From assembly GCF_988243305.1 (NCBI RefSeq), contig NZ_OZ547136.1: a stretch of DNA of 64,000 bases; one strand, written 5' to 3'. The position numbers and the translations under genes are program-made. Each line of letters begins with the position of its first letter. Position 1 is the stretch's first letter. The notes below the pieces were generated by a model. The model made no database searches, was not told the origin of the DNA, and was given only the letters and a program-made list of their open reading frames with translations. Shown in pieces: positions 34,865 to 51,614 of the stretch.

Positions 34865-36691
34865 ATGCATTATATGAAGTGGATTTATCCACGCCGCTTA
34901 CGCAATCAAATGATCCTGATGGCAATCCTGATGGTCATTGTCCCAACGCTTACTATTGGTTATATCGTAGAAACGGAAGGACGTTCAGCAGTCTTATCTG
35001 AAAAAGAGAAAAAACTTTCTGCCGTGGTCAACCTGCTTAATCAGGCACTAGGCGATCGCTATGATCTCTACATCGACTTACCACGTGAGGAGCGTATCCG
35101 CGCATTAAATGCAGAACTTGCCCCCATTACCGAAAATATCACTCACGCCTTCCCTGGCATCGGCGCTGGTTATTACAACAAAACGCTGGATGCGATAATC
35201 ACCTACGCGCCTTCAGCGCTATATCAGAATAATGTCGGCGTTACCATTGCCGCAGATCACCCTGGTCGCGAAGTCATGCGTACAAATACCCCTTTGGTTT
35301 ATTCAGGCAGGCAAGTGCGCGGCGATATTTTGAATTCAATGATCCCCATTGAGCGTAATGGTGAAATCCTCGGCTATATCTGGGCCAATGAATTAACCGA
35401 AGATATTCGCCGCCAGGCCTGGAAAATGGATGTGAGGATTATCATTGTGCTCACCGCCGGTTTGCTGATAAGCCTGCTGTTGATTGTCCTTTTCTCCCGT
35501 CGCCTGAGCGCCAATATTGATATCATCACCGATGGCCTCTCGACTCTGGCGCAAAATATTCCCACTCGATTACCACAATTGCCCGGTGAAATGGGGCAAA
35601 TCAGTCAGAGTGTTAACAACCTCGCCCAGGCACTGCGTGAAACGCGGACACTTAACGATCTGATTATTGAAAACGCTGCCGATGGCGTCATTGCCATTGA
35701 CCGCCAGGGTGATGTAACCACCATGAACCCGGCAGCAGAAGTCATCACTGGCTATCAACGTCATGAACTGGTAGGGCAGCCTTACTCCATGTTGTTCGAC
35801 CATACTCAGTTCTACAGTCCAGTACTGGATACGCTGGAACATGGCACCGAACATGTGGCGCTGGAGATCAGTTTTCCAGGCCGTGACCGCACCATTGAAC
35901 TCAGTGTCACTACCAGTCGTATTCATAACACGCATGGTGAAATGATAGGTGCTTTGGTGATTTTCTCTGATCTAACTGCCCGCAAAGAAACCCAGCGCCG
36001 CATGGCGCAAGCAGAACGCCTCGCCACACTGGGTGAGCTGATGGCTGGCGTCGCGCATGAAGTACGTAATCCGCTAACGGCTATTCGTGGTTATGTACAG
36101 ATCTTGCGCCAACAAACCGGTGACCCAATACATCAGGAATATCTGTCCGTAGTACTCAAAGAAATCGATTCAATTAACAAAGTTATTCAGCAATTGCTCG
36201 AATTTTCACGTCCACGCCACAGTCAATGGCAACAAGTCAGTCTCAATGCATTGGTTGAAGAAACTCTGGTACTGGTACAAACCGCCGGCGTACAAGCTCG
36301 GGTCGACTTCATAAGCGAACTGGATAATGAATTAAACCCGATTAACGCCGATCGTGAACTGCTCAAACAGGTACTACTGAATATCCTGATCAATGCCGTC
36401 CAGGCTATCAGCGCACGAGGGAAAATTCGCATTCAAACCTGGCAATACAGCGACTCACAACAGGCCATTTCGATAGAGGACAACGGCTGTGGCATTGATC
36501 TCTCGCTGCAAAAAAAGATCTTCGATCCCTTTTTCACCACCAAAGCCTCAGGAACCGGGCTTGGTCTGGCGTTAAGTCAACGCATCATTAATGCCCATCA
36601 GGGTGATATTCGCGTCGCCAGTTTGCCGGGCTACGGCGCAACCTTCACGCTTATTTTACCGATCAACCCGCAGGGAAATCAGACTGTATGA
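34865..36691 (+). CDS. atoS: Sensor histidine kinase AtoS
   Basis: 608-aa product MHYMKWIYPRRLRNQMILMAI with PAS domain, H-box (AHEVRNPLTAIRG) and ATPase domain; 4-nt overlap with atoC. Confidence 0.92.
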   Translation: MHYMKWIYPRRLRNQMILMAILMVIVPTLTIGYIVETEGRSAVLSEKEKKLSAVVNLLNQALGDRYDLYIDLPREERIRALNAELAPITENITHAFPGIGAGYYNKTLDAIITYAPSALYQNNVGVTIAADHPGREVMRTNTPLVYSGRQVRGDILNSMIPIERNGEILGYIWANELTEDIRRQAWKMDVRIIIVLTAGLLISLLLIVLFSRRLSANIDIITDGLSTLAQNIPTRLPQLPGEMGQISQSVNNLAQALRETRTLNDLIIENAADGVIAIDRQGDVTTMNPAAEVITGYQRHELVGQPYSMLFDHTQFYSPVLDTLEHGTEHVALEISFPGRDRTIELSVTTSRIHNTHGEMIGALVIFSDLTARKETQRRMAQAERLATLGELMAGVAHEVRNPLTAIRGYVQILRQQTGDPIHQEYLSVVLKEIDSINKVIQQLLEFSRPRHSQWQQVSLNALVEETLVLVQTAGVQARVDFISELDNELNPINADRELLKQVLLNILINAVQAISARGKIRIQTWQYSDSQQAISIEDNGCGIDLSLQKKIFDPFFTTKASGTGLGLALSQRIINAHQGDIRVASLPGYGATFTLILPINPQGNQTV

Positions 36692-38073
36692 CTGCTATTA
36701 ATCGCATCCTTATTGTGGATGATGAAGATAATGTTCGCCGTATGCTGAGCACCGCTTTTGCACTACAAGGATTCGAAACACATTGTGCGAACAACGGACG
36801 CACAGCATTACACCTGTTTGTCGATATTCACCCTGACGTGGTGTTGATGGATATCCGCATGCCAGAGATGGACGGCATCAAGGCACTCAAGGAGATGCGC
36901 AGCCATGAGACACGGACCCCCGTTATTCTGATGACGGCCTATGCTGAAGTGGAAACCGCCGTCGAAGCGCTACGCTGCGGGGCCTTCGACTATGTTATTA
37001 AACCGTTTGATCTCGATGAGTTGAATTTAATCGTTCAGCGCGCTTTACAACTCCAGTCAATGAAAAAAGAGATCCGTCATCTGCACCAGGCACTGAGCAC
37101 CAGCTGGCAATGGGGGCACATTCTCACCAACAGCCCGGCGATGATGGATATCTGCAAAAACACCGCCAAAATTGCCCTTTCTCAGGCCAGCGTCTTGATT
37201 AGCGGTGAAAGCGGCACCGGGAAAGAGTTGATTGCCAGAGCGATTCACTACAATTCGCGGCGGGCAAAGGGGCCGTTCATTAAAGTCAACTGCGCGGCGC
37301 TGCCGGAATCGTTGCTCGAAAGTGAACTGTTTGGTCATGAAAAAGGTGCATTTACTGGTGCACAAACCTTGCGTCAGGGATTATTTGAACGTGCCAACGA
37401 AGGTACTCTTCTCCTCGACGAAATTGGCGAAATGCCGCTCGTACTGCAAGCCAAATTACTACGCATTCTGCAGGAACGGGAATTTGAACGGATTGGCGGC
37501 CATCAGACCATAAAAGTTGATATCCGCATCATTGCTGCCACCAACCGTGACTTGCAGGCAATGGTAAAAGAAGGCACCTTCCGTGAAGATCTCTTTTATC
37601 GCCTTAACGTTATTCATTTAATACTGCCGCCTCTGCGCGATCGCCGGGAAGATATTTCCCTGTTAGCTAATCACTTTTTGCAAAAATTCAGTAGTGAGAA
37701 TCAGCGCGATATTATCGACATCGATCCGATGGCAATGTCACTGCTTACCGCCTGGTCATGGCCGGGAAATATTCGAGAGCTTTCCAACGTTATTGAACGC
37801 GCCGTCGTGATGAACTCAGGCCCGATCATTTTTTCTGAGGATCTTCCGCCGCAGATTCGTCAGCCAGTCTGTAATGCTGGCGAGGTAAAAACAGCCCCTG
37901 TCGGAGAGCGTAATTTAAAAGAGGAAATTAAACGCGTCGAAAAACGCATCATTATGGAAGTGCTGGAACAACAAGAAGGAAACCGAACCCGCACTGCTTT
38001 AATGCTGGGCATCAGTCGCCGTGCATTGATGTATAAACTCCAGGAATACGGTATCGATCCGGCGGATGTATAA
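36688..38073 (+). CDS. atoC: Sigma-54-dependent response regulator AtoC (NtrC family)
   Basis: 461-aa ORF with receiver domain, AAA+ sigma-54 activation domain (GESGTGKE, GAFTGA) and C-terminal HTH. Confidence 0.93.
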   Translation: MTAINRILIVDDEDNVRRMLSTAFALQGFETHCANNGRTALHLFVDIHPDVVLMDIRMPEMDGIKALKEMRSHETRTPVILMTAYAEVETAVEALRCGAFDYVIKPFDLDELNLIVQRALQLQSMKKEIRHLHQALSTSWQWGHILTNSPAMMDICKNTAKIALSQASVLISGESGTGKELIARAIHYNSRRAKGPFIKVNCAALPESLLESELFGHEKGAFTGAQTLRQGLFERANEGTLLLDEIGEMPLVLQAKLLRILQEREFERIGGHQTIKVDIRIIAATNRDLQAMVKEGTFREDLFYRLNVIHLILPPLRDRREDISLLANHFLQKFSSENQRDIIDIDPMAMSLLTAWSWPGNIRELSNVIERAVVMNSGPIIFSEDLPPQIRQPVCNAGEVKTAPVGERNLKEEIKRVEKRIIMEVLEQQEGNRTRTALMLGISRRALMYKLQEYGIDPADV

Positions 38074-38084
38074 CGCCAAAACTT

Positions 38085-38125
38085 GCTATGCAGAAATTTG
38101 CACAGTGCGCAATTTTCTGCATAGC
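38085..38125 (+). promoter_or_regulatory. AtoC-binding inverted repeat upstream of atoDAEB
   Basis: GCTATGCAGAAATTTGCACAGTGCGCAATTTTCTGCATAGC: 12-bp perfect arms (GCTATGCAGAAA/TTTCTGCATAGC) within a 41-bp palindromic element about 85 bp upstream of the sigma-54 promoter. Confidence 0.8.
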
Positions 38126-38207
38126 CGCTCATTCTCCTTATAAATCCCCATCCAATTTATCCCTTCATATTCAATTAGTTAAATAACAAAATCCAATAAT
38201 CTCATTC

Positions 38208-38223
38208 TGGCACTCCCCTTGCT
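38208..38223 (+). promoter_or_regulatory. Sigma-54 (-24/-12) promoter of atoDAEB
   Basis: TGGCAC-N5-TTGCT matches the RpoN consensus TGGCAC-N5-TTGCW; about 45 bp upstream of the atoD ATG. Confidence 0.8.
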
Positions 38224-38268
38224 ATTCCCTGACTGTACCCACAACGGTGTATGCAAGAGGGATAAAAA

Positions 38269-38931
38269 ATGAAAACAAAATTGATGACATTACAAGATGC
38301 CACCGGCTTCTTTCGTGACGGCATGACCATCATGGTGGGCGGATTTATGGGGATTGGCACTCCATCCCGCCTGGTTGAAGCATTACTGGAATCTGGTGTT
38401 CGCGACCTGACATTGATAGCCAATGATACCGCGTTTGTTGATACTGGCATCGGTCCGCTCATCGTCAATGGTCGAGTCCGCAAAGTGATTGCTTCACATA
38501 TCGGCACCAACCCGGAAACAGGTCGGCGCATGATATCTGGTGAGATGGACGTCGTTCTGGTGCCGCAAGGTACGCTAATCGAGCAAATTCGCTGTGGTGG
38601 AGCTGGACTTGGTGGTTTTCTCACCCCAACGGGTGTCGGCACCGTCGTAGAGGAAGGCAAACAGACACTGACACTCGACGGTAAAATCTGGCTGCTCGAA
38701 CGCCCACTGCGCGCCGACCTGGCGCTAATTCGCGCTCATCGTTGCGACACACTTGGCAACCTGACCTATCAACTTAGCGCCCGCAACTTTAACCCCCTGA
38801 TAGCCCTTGCGGCTGATATCACGCTGGTAGAGCCAGATGAACTGGTCGAAACCGGCGAGCTGCAACCTGACCATATTGTCACCCCTGGTGCCGTTATCGA
38901 CCACATCATCGTTTCACAGGAGAGCAAATAA
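38269..38931 (+). CDS. atoD: Acetate CoA-transferase alpha subunit AtoD
   Basis: 220-aa ORF, first gene of atoDAEB; 1-nt overlap with atoA. Confidence 0.93.
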   Translation: MKTKLMTLQDATGFFRDGMTIMVGGFMGIGTPSRLVEALLESGVRDLTLIANDTAFVDTGIGPLIVNGRVRKVIASHIGTNPETGRRMISGEMDVVLVPQGTLIEQIRCGGAGLGGFLTPTGVGTVVEEGKQTLTLDGKIWLLERPLRADLALIRAHRCDTLGNLTYQLSARNFNPLIALAADITLVEPDELVETGELQPDHIVTPGAVIDHIIVSQESK

Positions 38932-39581
38932 TGGATGCGAAACAACGTATTGCGCGCCGTGTGGCGCAAGAGCTTCGTGATGGTGACATCGTTAACTTAG
39001 GGATCGGTTTACCCACAATGGTCGCCAATTATTTACCGGAGGGTATTCATATCACTCTGCAATCGGAAAACGGCTTCCTCGGTTTAGGCCCGGTCACGAC
39101 AGCGCATCCAGATCTGGTGAACGCTGGCGGACAACCGTGCGGTGTTTTACCCGGTGCGGCCATGTTTGATAGCGCCATGTCATTTGCGCTAATCCGCGGC
39201 GGTCATATTGATGCCTGCGTGCTCGGCGGTTTGCAAGTAGACGAAGAAGCAAACCTCGCGAACTGGGTAGTGCCTGGGAAAATGGTGCCCGGTATGGGTG
39301 GCGCGATGGATCTGGTGACCGGGTCGCGCAAAGTGATCATCGCCATGGAACATTGTGCCAAAGATGGTTCAGCAAAAATTTTGCGCCGCTGCACCATGCC
39401 ACTCACTGCGCAACATGCGGTGCATATGCTGGTTACTGAACTGGCTGTCTTTCGTTTTATTGACGGCAAAATGTGGCTCACCGAAATTGCCGACGGGTGT
39501 GATTTAGCCACCGTGTGTGCCAAAACAGAAGCTCGGTTTGAAGTTGCCGCCGATCTGAATACGCAACGGGGTGATTTATGA
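38931..39581 (+). CDS. atoA: Acetate CoA-transferase beta subunit AtoA
   Basis: 216-aa ORF following atoD. Confidence 0.93.
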   Translation: MDAKQRIARRVAQELRDGDIVNLGIGLPTMVANYLPEGIHITLQSENGFLGLGPVTTAHPDLVNAGGQPCGVLPGAAMFDSAMSFALIRGGHIDACVLGGLQVDEEANLANWVVPGKMVPGMGGAMDLVTGSRKVIIAMEHCAKDGSAKILRRCTMPLTAQHAVHMLVTELAVFRFIDGKMWLTEIADGCDLATVCAKTEARFEVAADLNTQRGDL

Positions 39582-40900
39582 TTGGTCGCATATCGCGTTT
39601 TATGACGCGTTTTGTCAGCCGGTGGCTTCCCGATCCACTGATCTTTGCCATGTTGCTGACATTGCTAACTTTCGTGATCGCGCTTTGGTTAACACCACAA
39701 ACGCCGATCAGCATGGTGAAAATGTGGGGTGACGGTTTCTGGAACTTGCTGGCGTTTGGTATGCAGATGGCGCTTATCATCGTTACCGGTCATGCCCTTG
39801 CCAGCTCTGCTCCGGTAAAAAGTTTGCTGCGTACTGCCGCCTCCGCCGCAAAGACGCCCGTACAGGGCGTCATGCTGGTTACTTTCTTCGGTTCAGTCGC
39901 TTGTGTCATCAACTGGGGATTTGGTTTGGTTGTCGGCGCAATGTTTGCCCGTGAAGTCGCACGCCGAGTTCCCGGTTCTGATTATCCGTTGCTCATTGCC
40001 TGCGCCTACATTGGTTTTCTCACCTGGGGTGGCGGTTTCTCTGGCTCAATGCCTCTGTTGGCTGCAACACCGGGCAACCCGGTTGAGCATATCGCCGGGC
40101 TGATCCCGGTGGGCGATACTCTGTTCAGTGGTTTTAACATTTTCATCACTGTGGCGTTGATTGTGGTGATGCCATTTATCACCCGCATGATGATGCCAAA
40201 ACCGTCTGACGTGGTGAGTATCGATCCGAAACTACTCATGGAAGAGGCTGATTTCCAAAAGCAGCTACCGAAAGATGCCCCACCATCCGAGCGACTGGAA
40301 GAAAGCCGCATTCTGACGTTGATCATCGGCGCACTCGGTATCGCTTACCTTGCGATGTACTTCAGCGAACATGGCTTCAACATCACCATCAATACCGTCA
40401 ACCTGATGTTTATGATTGCGGGTCTGCTGCTACATAAAACGCCAATGGCTTATATGCGTGCTATCAGCGCGGCAGCACGCAGTACTGCCGGTATTCTGGT
40501 GCAATTCCCCTTCTACGCTGGGATCCAACTGATGATGGAGCATTCCGGTCTGGGCGGACTCATTACCGAATTCTTCATCAATGTTGCGAACAAAGACACC
40601 TTCCCGGTAATGACCTTTTTTAGTTCTGCACTGATTAACTTCGCCGTTCCGTCTGGCGGCGGTCACTGGGTTATTCAGGGACCTTTCGTGATACCCGCAG
40701 CCCAGGCGCTGGGCGCTGATCTCGGTAAATCGGTAATGGCGATCGCCTACGGCGAGCAATGGATGAACATGGCACAACCATTCTGGGCGCTGCCAGCACT
40801 GGCAATCGCCGGACTCGGTGTCCGCGACATCATGGGCTATTGCATCACTGCCCTGCTCTTCTCCGGCGTCATTTTCGTCATTGGTTTAACGCTGTTCTGA
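39578..40900 (+). CDS. atoE: Short-chain fatty acid transporter AtoE
   Basis: 440-aa polytopic membrane ORF; 4-nt overlap with atoA. Confidence 0.92.
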   Translation: MIGRISRFMTRFVSRWLPDPLIFAMLLTLLTFVIALWLTPQTPISMVKMWGDGFWNLLAFGMQMALIIVTGHALASSAPVKSLLRTAASAAKTPVQGVMLVTFFGSVACVINWGFGLVVGAMFAREVARRVPGSDYPLLIACAYIGFLTWGGGFSGSMPLLAATPGNPVEHIAGLIPVGDTLFSGFNIFITVALIVVMPFITRMMMPKPSDVVSIDPKLLMEEADFQKQLPKDAPPSERLEESRILTLIIGALGIAYLAMYFSEHGFNITINTVNLMFMIAGLLLHKTPMAYMRAISAAARSTAGILVQFPFYAGIQLMMEHSGLGGLITEFFINVANKDTFPVMTFFSSALINFAVPSGGGHWVIQGPFVIPAAQALGADLGKSVMAIAYGEQWMNMAQPFWALPALAIAGLGVRDIMGYCITALLFSGVIFVIGLTLF

Positions 40901-40930
40901 CGGCAACCCTACAGACAGAAGGAATAAAAA

Positions 40931-42115
40931 ATGAAAAATTGTGTCATCGTCAGTGCGGTACGTACTGCTATCGGTAGTTTTAACGGTTCACTCGCTTCCA
41001 CCAGCGCCATCGACCTGGGGGCGACAGTAATTAAAGCCGCCATTGAACGTGCAAAAATCGATTCACTACACATTGATGAAGTGATTATGGGTAACGTGTT
41101 GCAAGCCGGGTTGGGGCAAAATCCGGCACGTCAGGCACTGTTAAAAAGCGGGCTGGCAGAAACGGTGTGCGGATTCACGGTCAATAAAGTGTGTGGTTCG
41201 GGTCTTAAAAGTGTGGCGCTTGCCGCCCAGGCAATTCAGGCAGGTCAGGCGCAAAGCATTGTGGCGGGGGGTATGGAAAATATGAGTTTAGCGCCCTACT
41301 TACTCGATGCAAAAGCACGCTCTGGTTATCGTCTTGGAGACGGACTGGTTTATGACGTAATCCTGCGCGATGGTCTGATGTGCGCCACCCATGGTTATCA
41401 TATGGGGATTACCGCCGAGAACGTGGCCAAAGAGTACGGAATTACCCGAGAAATGCAGGATGAACTGGCGCTACATTCACAGCGTAAAGCGGCAGCCGCA
41501 ATTGAGTCCGGTGCTTTTACAGCCGAAATCGTCCCGGTAAATGTTGTCACTCGGAAGAAAACCTTCGTCTTCAGTCAAGACGAATTCCCGAAAGCGGATT
41601 CTACGACTGAAGCGTTAGGCGCATTGCGCCCGGCCTTCGATAAAGCAGGAACAGTCACCGCCGGGAACGCGTCTGGTATTAACGACGGTGCTGCCGCTCT
41701 GGTGATTATGGAAGAATCTGCGGCGCTGGCAGCAGGCCTTACCCCCCTGGCTCGCATTAAAAGTTATGCCAGCGGTGGCGTGCCCCCCGCATTGATGGGT
41801 ATGGGGCCAGTACCTGCCACGCAAAAAGCGTTACAACTGGCGGGGCTGCAACTGGCGGATATTGATCTCATTGAGGCTAATGAAGCATTTGCCGCGCAGT
41901 TCCTTGCCGTTGGGAAAACCCTGGGCTTTGATTCTGAGAAAGTGAATGTCAACGGCGGGGCCATCGCGCTCGGGCATCCTATCGGTGCCAGTGGTGCTCG
42001 TATTCTGGTCACACTATTACATGCCATGCAGGCACGCGATAAAACGCTGGGGCTGGCAACACTGTGCATTGGTGGCGGCCAGGGAATTGCGATGGTGATT
42101 GAACGGTTGAATTAA
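40931..42115 (+). CDS. atoB: Acetyl-CoA acetyltransferase (thiolase II) AtoB
   Basis: 394-aa thiolase ORF with characteristic active-site cysteine regions (NKVCGSG ... [14 protein letters not shown]). Confidence 0.94.
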   Translation: MKNCVIVSAVRTAIGSFNGSLASTSAIDLGATVIKAAIERAKIDSLHIDEVIMGNVLQAGLGQNPARQALLKSGLAETVCGFTVNKVCGSGLKSVALAAQAIQAGQAQSIVAGGMENMSLAPYLLDAKARSGYRLGDGLVYDVILRDGLMCATHGYHMGITAENVAKEYGITREMQDELALHSQRKAAAAIESGAFTAEIVPVNVVTRKKTFVFSQDEFPKADSTTEALGALRPAFDKAGTVTAGNASGINDGAAALVIMEESAALAAGLTPLARIKSYASGGVPPALMGMGPVPATQKALQLAGLQLADIDLIEANEAFAAQFLAVGKTLGFDSEKVNVNGGAIALGHPIGASGARILVTLLHAMQARDKTLGLATLCIGGGQGIAMVIERLN

Positions 42116-42120
42116 TCAAT

Positions 42121-42158
42121 AAAAACACCCGATAGCGAAAGTTATCGGGCGTTTTCTT
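42121..42158. terminator. Bidirectional rho-independent terminator between convergent atoB and yfaP
   Basis: A-run, stem CCCGATA/TATCGGG (42128-42149), then T-run TTTTCTT. Confidence 0.75.
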
Positions 42159-42188
42159 GAACATCGACGGCGAAGGTAACCCCATTAA

Positions 42189-42965
42189 TCACCAGTCAAA
42201 ACTTTTCACCAGCGTCAGCTCGCCAGCATTACGCATCGGTACAATAAATGTTTCCTGTTTCTCATTGACCGATCCTTCATCGGTGATCAGCGTCAGTTGG
42301 GCGGTCGTCAATTCCGTTTCGCTGCGTCCGCCATAGTAGTTGATATACACCTGATAACGTCCGTGAATCGGCGCTGGCATGGCGAAAATCTCGGGGCCGT
42401 ACCCCGTCGTGACATCCATATCCAGTGCACCACTGTTTTTCAGCACGGTGTTACCGTACCAAGCGTGTTCGCCATCAGGTGTAACAACGTGAAGGTCGAG
42501 GTCGGTATTGTCCGTATCCCAGGAGAGAACCAGCCGTAAACGCGCGCGGATCACTCCAGCGCCCGGCGTTGAGTAAAACTGCATTTTTTGTCGGCTTTGC
42601 CCATCCGGGCTGATGACCTGCACGCTGTTGCTGCCTTCAGTGAAAATATAAGGGCGTGCAAATGAACCATCGGATTCAATTCTCTGCGGCATACTGGCAC
42701 CGTTGACCACCAGCCGGCCCTGCTGAACTTTACCCGCCGCAGCATAATTCTTTATTTTGCCGCGGATCTGCGCTGAGATATTTTGATCATCTGCCATGTT
42801 GACGGACGACGCCGGGTAATTGATCGATTGTGAAAAACTGGCATCTTCGCCCTCTGCCGGATGCCAGCCAGAGAGTGGTGCATCAATCTCGACTTCCTGC
42901 ACACCTTCGCCATGGGCAACAGGCGAAAGCGCCACCAGTAACAACGGAAGAAAAATCTTTCGCAT
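42189..42965 (-). CDS. yfaP: Secreted protein of unknown function YfaP (alpha-2-macroglobulin-associated cluster)
   Basis: 258-aa ORF with signal peptide MRKIFLPLLLVALSPVAHG; last gene of the yfaA-T-S-Q-P cluster. Confidence 0.85.
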   Translation of the reverse strand: MRKIFLPLLLVALSPVAHGEGVQEVEIDAPLSGWHPAEGEDASFSQSINYPASSVNMADDQNISAQIRGKIKNYAAAGKVQQGRLVVNGASMPQRIESDGSFARPYIFTEGSNSVQVISPDGQSRQKMQFYSTPGAGVIRARLRLVLSWDTDNTDLDLHVVTPDGEHAWYGNTVLKNSGALDMDVTTGYGPEIFAMPAPIHGRYQVYINYYGGRSETELTTAQLTLITDEGSVNEKQETFIVPMRNAGELTLVKSFDW

Positions 42966-42969
42966 AGCA

Positions 42970-44619
42970 TTAGTCCATTAATAATTGTCGAGTCAGCGTT
43001 TCGATATAGTTCTCATCAAGCCCGGTGGGATAACCATCAAAGGCCAGGTGCAGATACTCATGGGTTAAATCCAGCCGATCCTGAAGCGTAAAGAAGTTAC
43101 GAATAAACAGCCGTTTCTGCTGCCGATCGGTATAGGGGAAACCTGAGACTAAACGACAGACCGCAAACACGTCTGGTTCGTTGTACCCCGTCTCACCTTG
43201 TAATATACGCCGCCACTGCGGCATTTTTTTCGCCAGCCAGGCTTTCGCTTTGGGTAATAACTGGCAGGTTGAGCGTGGCGCTCCCCAGCGGCTAAGGCTG
43301 TTGTCGGGATAAGCAAACGCGAGTATCTGGTCGTAACGCTCCCCCTGCCCCGCCTGGGCCATGGATTGCCGCCAGGAAAGCGTCCCTTCGGTAGCGCGAC
43401 TGCCGTGATAATGAACCGGATCGCCCGCATAGATGAGATCCTGCGTCCAGGCGGTCATCGTTCGCGCCCCCGTGGTCGCTGGCGAAGCAGAAACACGCTG
43501 CGTGGCGCTGCTGTCGGGGATGGTCAGGCAATCGCCTTCCCGATTGGCGTTTTGCTGTAAAAAAGTGCGAATCGCCACGGTCATGGCTTTCGCTGCCTCA
43601 GGGGGCGTACTTTTCGCCTCGCGATCCAGAACTCTGGCAACGTACTCTTCACGATCGAGATGCGACTGCAATTTCAGTTTGCCCTTTTCGGTCAGTAAGG
43701 TCGTCTCACCGTGGCTGACAAACGTAATGTGGTTACCATTGGCGAACGTCACACGATAGCGCCCATTAAGTACGCCGGGTTTTACTGCCGTCGTACTCTT
43801 TTCCGCTGTGATTTTCTTCAGCGGATAGCGGGCAAACAGCTCCACCTCTACACATTGCCCACTGGCAACCTGCGTCGGCACTGGCAAAACCCGATTAAGC
43901 ACCGTCGCATAACGGGTTAGTACCGTTTTGCTGGTGCCACTGCCAGTAACCCACAGCGGTGAACCATCGGTTAACCAGCCGGCAAAACCACCCTGACGGA
44001 TTTCCTGTTTATCATCGGCAAACCAGCTCCAGGTTTTCACCCGTACCCGACTACCGAGCATGGATGCGACACCGATTTTCGCCTCGTCCAGCACCACATC
44101 CAGTAAGACTTCCTGAGCTTTGTTTTGCGCGGGTAACGTCGCTAATGAATCAAGCAGTGATTTAACCGTTACCGAGGTTTCTGGCTTCAGCGTAGTAAGA
44201 GACGCTAACCACGCAGGTGCCTGACGCTGTTGCCAGTATTGCCCCCACACATCTGCGCTAATATGCAACCGCTGCGGCGCAAAATAGAGCCCACAGGAAC
44301 GTACCAGCGCGGTATCGCGCGTTATGCTCTCCCCAGCCTGACAACAATAAACCTCTTCCGGGGAGTTTCCACGACACTGGTAGGGCTGCTCCGGTTGATG
44401 GGTATCCTCCAGCCAGGCGTAAACATACAGTTTCCACAAACTCCCTAACGGCGTGGTGAGAGTGTCAGGTAATGCTGAGACTTTGGTCACGCCTGATGAC
44501 GACAGCTGATACAGTTGATCGTGCTGCGCACCGCGCAGCACCAGTTGTAACGGCGTCTCCTCCGCAAGCGTTGGCAGAGTAACCAACGCCAATAGCCAGA
44601 CGATTCTGCGCCAGTTCAC
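42970..44619 (-). CDS. yfaQ: Secreted protein of unknown function YfaQ
   Basis: 549-aa ORF with signal peptide; its start codon directly abuts the yfaS stop codon. Confidence 0.85.
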   Translation of the reverse strand: MNWRRIVWLLALVTLPTLAEETPLQLVLRGAQHDQLYQLSSSGVTKVSALPDTLTTPLGSLWKLYVYAWLEDTHQPEQPYQCRGNSPEEVYCCQAGESITRDTALVRSCGLYFAPQRLHISADVWGQYWQQRQAPAWLASLTTLKPETSVTVKSLLDSLATLPAQNKAQEVLLDVVLDEAKIGVASMLGSRVRVKTWSWFADDKQEIRQGGFAGWLTDGSPLWVTGSGTSKTVLTRYATVLNRVLPVPTQVASGQCVEVELFARYPLKKITAEKSTTAVKPGVLNGRYRVTFANGNHITFVSHGETTLLTEKGKLKLQSHLDREEYVARVLDREAKSTPPEAAKAMTVAIRTFLQQNANREGDCLTIPDSSATQRVSASPATTGARTMTAWTQDLIYAGDPVHYHGSRATEGTLSWRQSMAQAGQGERYDQILAFAYPDNSLSRWGAPRSTCQLLPKAKAWLAKKMPQWRRILQGETGYNEPDVFAVCRLVSGFPYTDRQQKRLFIRNFFTLQDRLDLTHEYLHLAFDGYPTGLDENYIETLTRQLLMD

Positions 44620-51508
<6,889 letters not shown>

Positions 51509-51578
51509 AGCAAAACTTTACCGCGCCCTAATACGACAAAAGCCCAGACTTTGCAGCCTGGACTTTTCAATTCAAACA

Positions 51579-51596
51579 AGGGAGATAGCTCCCTTT
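51579..51596 (-). terminator. Putative terminator hairpin downstream of gyrA
   Basis: Stem AAGGGAG/CTCCCTT with 4-nt loop, 19 bp after the gyrA stop; downstream T-run is weak. Confidence 0.5.
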
Positions 51597-51614
51597 TGGC
51601 ATGAAGAAGTAAAA

